Shown: positions 27,375-32,000 of the stretch, piece by piece
Layout: every line of letters begins with the position of its first letter
How positions within the stretch are numbered: position 1 is the first letter of the stretch
Assembly: GCF_000008665.1 (NCBI RefSeq)
Contig: NC_000917.1
Span: forward strand, 510,001-542,000
Source of the DNA: Archaeoglobus fulgidus DSM 4304
GTDB lineage: Archaea > Halobacteriota > Archaeoglobi > Archaeoglobales > Archaeoglobaceae
Direction: 5' to 3'
Length of the DNA stretch: 32,000 nt
Made by a program: the position numbers and the translations under genes
The notes under the pieces: model-generated
What the model was told of the DNA's origin: nothing
What the model saw: the letters and a program-made list of their open reading frames with translations, nothing else
The model's database searches: none

Positions 27375-27706
27375 TCTAATTGGTTGAAGGGTGTTGTTTA
27401 ACGATTTTTGGCCTGCAATCATAGTGTTAATGCTTTAACCGTTTTCCTGCTCACTCTAACCATTTTGAATAATATCATTGAGAAGTTATTGTTACAGCTT
27501 ATAATTCAACAATCATGGATGTTAAATAAGGGTTTTACAATTTACTAGGATTTCAATATTTTGGAGTGTCTCTGGGTTGCAAATTCATTCAACAGGAAAA
27601 GCAAATTCAATCGTGATGTTTTCGAAACTGGAATGTGGAATGGCCCACTCTTAAATTACCGTGATACTTTCCCCCAATTTAGAACTTTTGTGGCAATTGT
27701 GAATGC

Positions 27707-27714
27707 TATAAATA
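27707..27714 (+). promoter_or_regulatory. candidate TATA box for ugd
   Basis: TATAAATA lies 45 nt upstream of ATG 27759 in a 385-nt AT-rich spacer. Confidence 0.3.
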
Positions 27715-27758
27715 ACATAAGGATAAACTTAATATCCGTTCTTACTAGACACCATACA

Positions 27759-29030
27759 ATGAAGATAGCAATTTTAGGAAGTGGATACGTTGGAATAGTC
27801 ACGGGTATTGGTTTTGCTGAACTTGGTCACGAGATAGTATTCATAGATGTTGATGAAAGAAAAGTTGAAATGTTAAATTCATCAAAACCACCGATATACG
27901 AAAGAGGACTCGAAGAACTTATGAAGAAAAACAGGGGCAAATACAGAGCCACTACAGACTACAGAGAAGCTCTGGAGAGTTCGGAGCTAACATTCATATG
28001 CGTTGGAACACCATCGAAAGGTGATGGCTCTATTGATCTAAAATACGCTGAATCGGCATCGAAAGAAATAGGAAAGGCTTTGAAAAACAACGATAACTTT
28101 CATGTCGTCGTGGTTAAAAGCACAGTCGTTCCGGGAACAACGGAGGATAAAATAAAACCGATAATCGAGAAAGAATCTGGCAAAAAAGCGTTCGAAGATT
28201 TCGGTTTAGCTATGAATCCCGAATTCTTGAGGGAAGGCAACGCTGTTTATGATTTCTTCAATCCGGATAGAATAGTGATTGGTGTTAAGGATGAAAGGAC
28301 TAAATCGGTCTTAGAGGAATTGTATAAACCTTTCGATTGCCCAAAGCTTATCACAGAGATAAAAACCGCTGAAATGATAAAATACGCATCGAACGCTTTT
28401 TTAGCTACGAAGATAAGCTTCGCCAACGAGATAGGAAACATATGCAAGAAGCTTAGGATTGATGTTTACAAGGTGTTTGAGGGTGTTGGTTTGGACCACA
28501 GAATAAATCCATCATTTTTCAGAGCTGGGATTGGATTCGGGGGGAGCTGTTTTCCTAAGGATGTTAGAGCTTTGATTAGGAAGTCTGAAGAACTCGGCGA
28601 GAATCCGAAGATACTGAAAGCTGTTATGGAAGTAAATGAGAGACAGCCGTTAAAGATGATAGAACTTCTGAAGAAGCACATTCCTAACTTAAGAGGAAAG
28701 AAGATCGGAGTTCTGGGTTTGGCGTTCAAACCCGATACGGATGACGTAAGAGAGAGTAGGGCTATACCAATCGTCAAAGCTCTGCTGGAAGAGGGGGCAG
28801 AGATCATAGCCTACGATCCAAAGGCCATAGAAAACTTTAGGAAATTTTTCCCTCAAGTAGAATATGCTAACTCAGCTGAAGATGTTATTACAAAATCGGA
28901 TGCTGTGCTGATAGTTACCGAATGGAAGGAGTTCGAGGAGCTTGATTACAGCGGTAAAATTGTTATTGATGGAAGAAGAGTTGAGAAGGCTATGAAAGAA
29001 GCTAAGATATACAAAGGGGTGTGTTGGTAA
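27759..29030 (+). CDS. ugd: UDP-glucose 6-dehydrogenase
   Basis: MKIAILGSGYVGIVTGIGFAELGH (Rossmann), catalytic GFGGSCFPKD, C-terminal UDP-binding region. The ORF-track 5' extension (27561-27758) has no homology-like content. Confidence 0.93.
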   Translation: MKIAILGSGYVGIVTGIGFAELGHEIVFIDVDERKVEMLNSSKPPIYERGLEELMKKNRGKYRATTDYREALESSELTFICVGTPSKGDGSIDLKYAESASKEIGKALKNNDNFHVVVVKSTVVPGTTEDKIKPIIEKESGKKAFEDFGLAMNPEFLREGNAVYDFFNPDRIVIGVKDERTKSVLEELYKPFDCPKLITEIKTAEMIKYASNAFLATKISFANEIGNICKKLRIDVYKVFEGVGLDHRINPSFFRAGIGFGGSCFPKDVRALIRKSEELGENPKILKAVMEVNERQPLKMIELLKKHIPNLRGKKIGVLGLAFKPDTDDVRESRAIPIVKALLEEGAEIIAYDPKAIENFRKFFPQVEYANSAEDVITKSDAVLIVTEWKEFEELDYSGKIVIDGRRVEKAMKEAKIYKGVCW

Positions 29031-29156
29031 ACCATTTTAAATTCGAGCTTAAAGATATGCCTATGTCAAAGGTTATAATATCGTTGCTTGCAAAACCTCG
29101 CTTTTCAAAGCGGGGATACGCAAGGTTTAAGTACTCGAAGCACAACTAAGCTTTTA

Positions 29157-29320
29157 GGGGATGTTCCCCATGAACTCCGCTATCAATTTAGCCCGACGGA
29201 TAATGAGTCCGTCGGGATGGGGGTGTAGTGAGCTTCCCGAACTCCCAGATGAAGCTTTAGCCGTAAAGGCGGGTGGAACGGGAGAAGTTCCGCCCTTTAG
29301 GGCGGGGTAGCTCACACTCT
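29157..29320 (+). mobile_element. possible degenerate 3' end of an IS200/IS605-family tnpB with hairpin-rich (right-end / omega-RNA-like) region
   Basis: A 49-aa ORF at 29161-29310 reads MFPMNSAINLARRIMSPSGWGCSELPELPDEALAVKAGGTGEVPPFRAG. NSAINLARR resembles the D.NAA.NI..R tail of TnpB. The region also holds a perfect 9-bp hairpin (29192-29216), a 7-bp long-range pairing (29228-29234 with 29309-29315) and nested small hairpins. The family assignment is from memory of motifs only. Confidence 0.3.
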
Positions 29321-29407
29321 TCTGAACTCTTTCGAATCTGTTTTCAACAAAATTTTCGAGGAAAATGTTTTTAGTTGGAACGTGCAACATTTATTTGGTG
29401 CTTGACC

Positions 29408-29671
29408 ATGGGTGAAGGGGTTTACGTGAGATTATGGTTCCCGAAAGATATAACAAAAATCCTTGGAGAAAAAAGATTGGAAGAGGAAGCAAAACTACTT
29501 GTCGCCATAGAACTATATCGAGAAGGAATAGTTTCCCTCGGAAAAGCAGCTGAGATAGCTGATTTGAGTATCAGAGAATTTCTTTATGAACTGAGAAGGA
29601 GAAACGTGCCGTTAAATTATGATCTGGAAGAGCTACAAAAAGATATAGATGTTGTTGGAGAGCTGTTATGA
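29408..29671 (+). CDS. UPF0175-family antitoxin-like protein
   Basis: 87 aa. LLVAIELYREGIVSLGKAAEIADLSIREFLYELRRRNVPLNY is typical of UPF0175. ATGA overlap with the next gene. Confidence 0.75.
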   Translation: MGEGVYVRLWFPKDITKILGEKRLEEEAKLLVAIELYREGIVSLGKAAEIADLSIREFLYELRRRNVPLNYDLEELQKDIDVVGELL

Positions 29672-30120
29672 TTGTTGTTTCAAACACGAGTCCTTTGATT
29701 GTCCTTTCAAACATTGGAGAATTTGAAATCCTCCACCGCCTTTTTAACAAAATAATAATACCAGAAGGTGTCGCAGAGGAGTTTGGTGATTCTGTTCCAG
29801 AATGGATTGAAATCAGAGGAGTTAAAAACAGAATTCTGGTGGATTTGCTTAGAGAGAAGCTTCATAGAGGCGAAGCTGAAACAATTGCCTTAGCTATCGA
29901 ACTCGATGCAGATCTTGTAATTATTGACGATAAAGCTGCAAGAAACACAGCTCAATCTCTCGGATTAAGGGTTACGGGAACTGTTGGACTGATTCTTCTC
30001 GCAAAGAGAAGGGGTTATTATGACGAGATAAAGCCAGTAATCGAGAAACTTATTAAAAAAGGTTTCAGATTGAGCAAGGAAATTATAGAGAACATTCTTA
30101 GGGAGGCTGGAGAGCTTTAA
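29668..30120 (+). CDS. DUF3368 PIN-like nuclease-domain protein (putative toxin partner of UPF0175)
   Basis: VVSNTSPLIVLSNIG...IIIPEGVAEEF...GEAETIALAIEL...IIDDKAARNTAQSLGLRVTGTVGLILLAKRRG. Confidence 0.75.
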   Translation: MIVVSNTSPLIVLSNIGEFEILHRLFNKIIIPEGVAEEFGDSVPEWIEIRGVKNRILVDLLREKLHRGEAETIALAIELDADLVIIDDKAARNTAQSLGLRVTGTVGLILLAKRRGYYDEIKPVIEKLIKKGFRLSKEIIENILREAGEL

Positions 30121-30166
30121 AAGTTGAACAAATTCAATACATAAGTCAAAATTCGTTGGTTTCTTG

Positions 30167-30560
30167 CTAATGGATATTTAAACTTATTTGATGCACTTTT
30201 AATATTAGAACTAAATCTTCAACCTCTTCCCTCCTCTTTTTCAAGTGCATCTCCGCAAGTTTCCTCAGCTCTTTTTTCTGCATCAGACTCCTTTACTATT
30301 ATTCTCCCGCTTAAACGGGGTCTCTTTTTATGTTGTAAAGCTCATCTTCTCTGTCTGGATTGACTATAAGCTTCCATTTTTTATCCCTTACTGTAACTCT
30401 AAATTTCGATCTCCTTCTGGAAGGCAGGCACCTTCAACCCCATTAAACTACTTATTTTTAAGACGATAAAATAAATCTTTTGGAGCTTCTTCTTTGGAAA
30501 TAACACCTTGGATGTTATGGGTAACTTACTCCCAAATGTCTACTTTGATTGCTACGTTTT
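30167..30560 (-). pseudogene. sulfatase C-terminal remnant (several frames, approximate limits)
   Basis: Minus-strand pieces: ...IKVDIWE.. (VDI.PT-like), FRVTVRDKKWKLIVNPDREDELYNIKRDP (classic sulfatase w-KLI...ELY-L..DP tail, stop at 30311-30313), then in another frame KELRKLAEMHLKKRREEV to the stop at 30167-30169. No N-terminal catalytic part is present. Confidence 0.35.
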
Positions 30561-30612
30561 GAGGATTTTAAGAGAGTTGATTTTTTTAGAGGTTTCAGGT
30601 GTGAACGACAAA

Positions 30613-31365
30613 TCATCTCTTCAACATCATTGAAACGTTCCATAGGATATCGTAGCAAAGCGGGATGGAGATCGCATGGAAGACGAATCTAAAACGGATG
30701 TCGTTTCTTATTCTTTCAGAAAAGCTCAGCTTTCTTGGATGGCAGATTGATGGAGGTCTTTTCGGATCGTGGTGTTCCGAATAAGCTATAAATCCTCTGT
30801 AAACTCTGGCACCTATTTTCACTAAGTCGAATTCAAAGAAGACACCCTCATCGATAACCCTTCCAATCTTCTCCTTACACCTGAACTTGACCTTTTCAAT
30901 CACCCACCTTTTTATCAGAGTTCCTCCGAAACCCGTGAGGTTTATCCCATTCGGATTTCCCCTATCGAGATAGGCGTTGTAAACGACATCGTAGCCCTTT
31001 TCGGCTATTTTTATCAGTTTGTTTACAATTTCGGGTTCGAATATCATGTCAGCATCCATGAAAATTAAGTATTCAGCTTTCGATTTTAAAAAATATTCTC
31101 TGATTGCGTTTCTCGCTGAAACTATGTTCCAGATTCTGTTTTTCGCATTTTTTGGTCTGTTTGGCTTGGATGTTATTATCTCGTGATTTAGATCGTATTT
31201 TTGCAAAATTTTTTTGAGTTTCTCGGCAAATGTTATATCTTCACTAGCGAAGATCGTTTTAACTTTCGTTGCTGAGTGCTTTTGAATTTCTTCTTGATTT
31301 TTTAAGAACTTGTCGAGTATGTAAGCTGTTTTCGAGTTAATTGGGGCTCCTATTATTGCGGACAT
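30613..31365 (-). CDS. glycosyltransferase family 2-like protein
   Basis: 250 aa, AT-rich. YLIFMDADMIF (DxD), Rossmann-like N-terminus. Weak family-level call. Confidence 0.6.
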   Translation of the reverse strand: MSAIIGAPINSKTAYILDKFLKNQEEIQKHSATKVKTIFASEDITFAEKLKKILQKYDLNHEIITSKPNRPKNAKNRIWNIVSARNAIREYFLKSKAEYLIFMDADMIFEPEIVNKLIKIAEKGYDVVYNAYLDRGNPNGINLTGFGGTLIKRWVIEKVKFRCKEKIGRVIDEGVFFEFDLVKIGARVYRGFIAYSEHHDPKRPPSICHPRKLSFSERIRNDIRFRFVFHAISIPLCYDILWNVSMMLKR

Positions 31366-31397
31366 TCATTTAATCCCAATCTCAAAGTTTTAAAGTG

Positions 31398-32000
31398 TTA
31401 TCCAAACCATCTTTTAGGAGGATAGAATTCGTTTACCATGTCGATCAAACCCAATCTTTCCAGTCTCTCAACGAAATGTTTTCTTAGTTTCTCGTCTTTC
31501 GTTATCCTCGGTTTTAGTATTTTTGCATATTTTAGGTCAAAATTTACTCCAGAAAACTCCGTCATAATCCTAAACCACTTTTCCGGTTCTCTTGTGACTT
31601 CTTCATAGTAAACGACCATCCCTCTCTCGTTGTCCGCCTGCTTGAATGCGTAGTAGTTGCAGTATGTCCAGACGATGAGCATTTTATCGAGTAGATCAAG
31701 AGAATCGGGATAGTCCAAATTGAAAACCCTGATAAGTTTGAAATTTTCGTTTATAGCAAAACCGTTTACCCATTCTCTATTTGGCAGATACTTCGTGAGA
31801 ACATACCTTCCAATAAAGGTGTTTTTGAATTTGTAAACAAGCTTAGCCCTTTTGACGTTGCCCACTAAGACCAGTGGTTCTAACGTTTGCCCAATCCAAA
31901 CGTCGATTGGATTTCGGATTATGTGAATAAACGTGCATCTGTACCTTTGAGCGAGTTGAGATAAAATGAAGTGGCACCTATTCGGTTGAATGATTGTATC
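31398..32000 (-). CDS. sulfotransferase-family protein (5' end beyond the window edge)
   Basis: The frame is open from the window edge: ...CTFIHIIRNPIDVWIGQ... (RNP.D 3'-PAPS-binding-like motif) continues into the 155-aa ORF 31398-31865. Confidence 0.7.
   Translation of the reverse strand, partial: DTIIQPNRCHFILSQLAQRYRCTFIHIIRNPIDVWIGQTLEPLVLVGNVKRAKLVYKFKNTFIGRYVLTKYLPNREWVNGFAINENFKLIRVFNLDYPDSLDLLDKMLIVWTYCNYYAFKQADNERGMVVYYEEVTREPEKWFRIMTEFSGVNFDLKYAKILKPRITKDEKLRKHFVERLERLGLIDMVNEFYPPKRWFG

Noticed and set aside
27561-27758. 66-codon 5' extension of the ugd ORF.
   Set aside because: It begins with a non-ATG start in an AT-rich spacer. The Rossmann N-terminus MKIAILGSGYVG begins at 27759, with a TATA-like box upstream.
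29192-29216. The 9-bp hairpin read on the minus strand as a tRNA-Met-like anticodon arm (loop CTCATTA).
   Set aside because: The stem is far too long for an anticodon arm, position 37 would be a pyrimidine, and there are no flanking tRNA arms.
29228-29330. C/D-box or H/ACA sRNA interpretation of the structured element (AGATGAAG at 29248, CTGA at 29322, ACA after the AGCTCAC stem).
   Set aside because: The C-box candidate deviates from RUGAUGA. No terminal stem or C'/D' pair is present and the spacing (~75 nt) is too long. The enclosed 74 nt is too large for a single H/ACA hairpin, and no clear K-turn is seen.
29300-29340. tRNA-like strings GGGCGGGGTAGCTCA and TTCGAATC, which suggested a tRNA fragment or att site.
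   Set aside because: No D-stem closure, anticodon arm or acceptor 3' strand could be folded. The two strings are too close together for a cloverleaf, so this is probably coincidence.
1-32000. Search by eye for CRISPR arrays, rRNA genes, intact IS elements or integrases near tRNA-Leu.
   Set aside because: No regularly spaced direct repeats, no rRNA-like conserved blocks, and no transposase or integrase ORFs were found. Only the short tnpB-like tail at ~29.2 kb was seen. A computational repeat search would be needed to exclude short or degenerate repeats.

Overview
The window looks like archaeal chromosome, probably Archaeoglobus. Several proteins match what I remember of A. fulgidus (an IscS with Asp at the PLP-lysine position, Exo III, tgtA/arcS, eIF2-gamma followed by a PIN gene). 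No search was run, so this is recognition only. I call about 40 genes, tightly packed, many with 1-4 nt start/stop overlaps. Left end (1-5.6 kb): a decayed iron-uptake locus, with feoB broken by 3 frameshifts and a stop, and a DtxR-type repressor pseudogene joined by deletion to a DsrE-like ORF. It is followed by an intact iscS-iscU-HTH operon, an acyl-CoA synthetase remnant and tRNA-Leu(CAG). Middle (6-27 kb): housekeeping genes. These are an RHH (CdrS-like)-ftsZ pair with a palindromic candidate operator; a long co-directional cluster (thiamine-binding-like protein, kinase, Zn-ribbon, aEF-1beta, MBL hydrolase, 86-aa protein, radical SAM/SPASM enzyme); an M28 peptidase; a PAS/DHp sensor lacking an ATPase domain; Exo III; a GT2-UPF0104 fusion plus a split DUF2298 'YYY' membrane protein; Lrp; tgtA-arcS; prs; a frameshifted hisG; eIF2-gamma-PIN; a HEPN-MNT pair; and a Wzx-like flippase. 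Right end (~27.4-32 kb): a visibly AT-richer mosaic island. It holds ugd, a hairpin-dense GC-rich element that reads like a degenerate tnpB 3' end, a UPF0175/DUF3368 toxin-antitoxin pair, a sulfatase remnant, a GT2-like gene and a sulfotransferase. No CRISPR array or rRNA was seen. No clearly novel multi-gene system is demonstrable from sequence alone. The best leads are the coupled 86-aa/radical-SAM pair, the orphan structured element at ~29.2 kb, and the cdrS-ftsZ leader palindrome.
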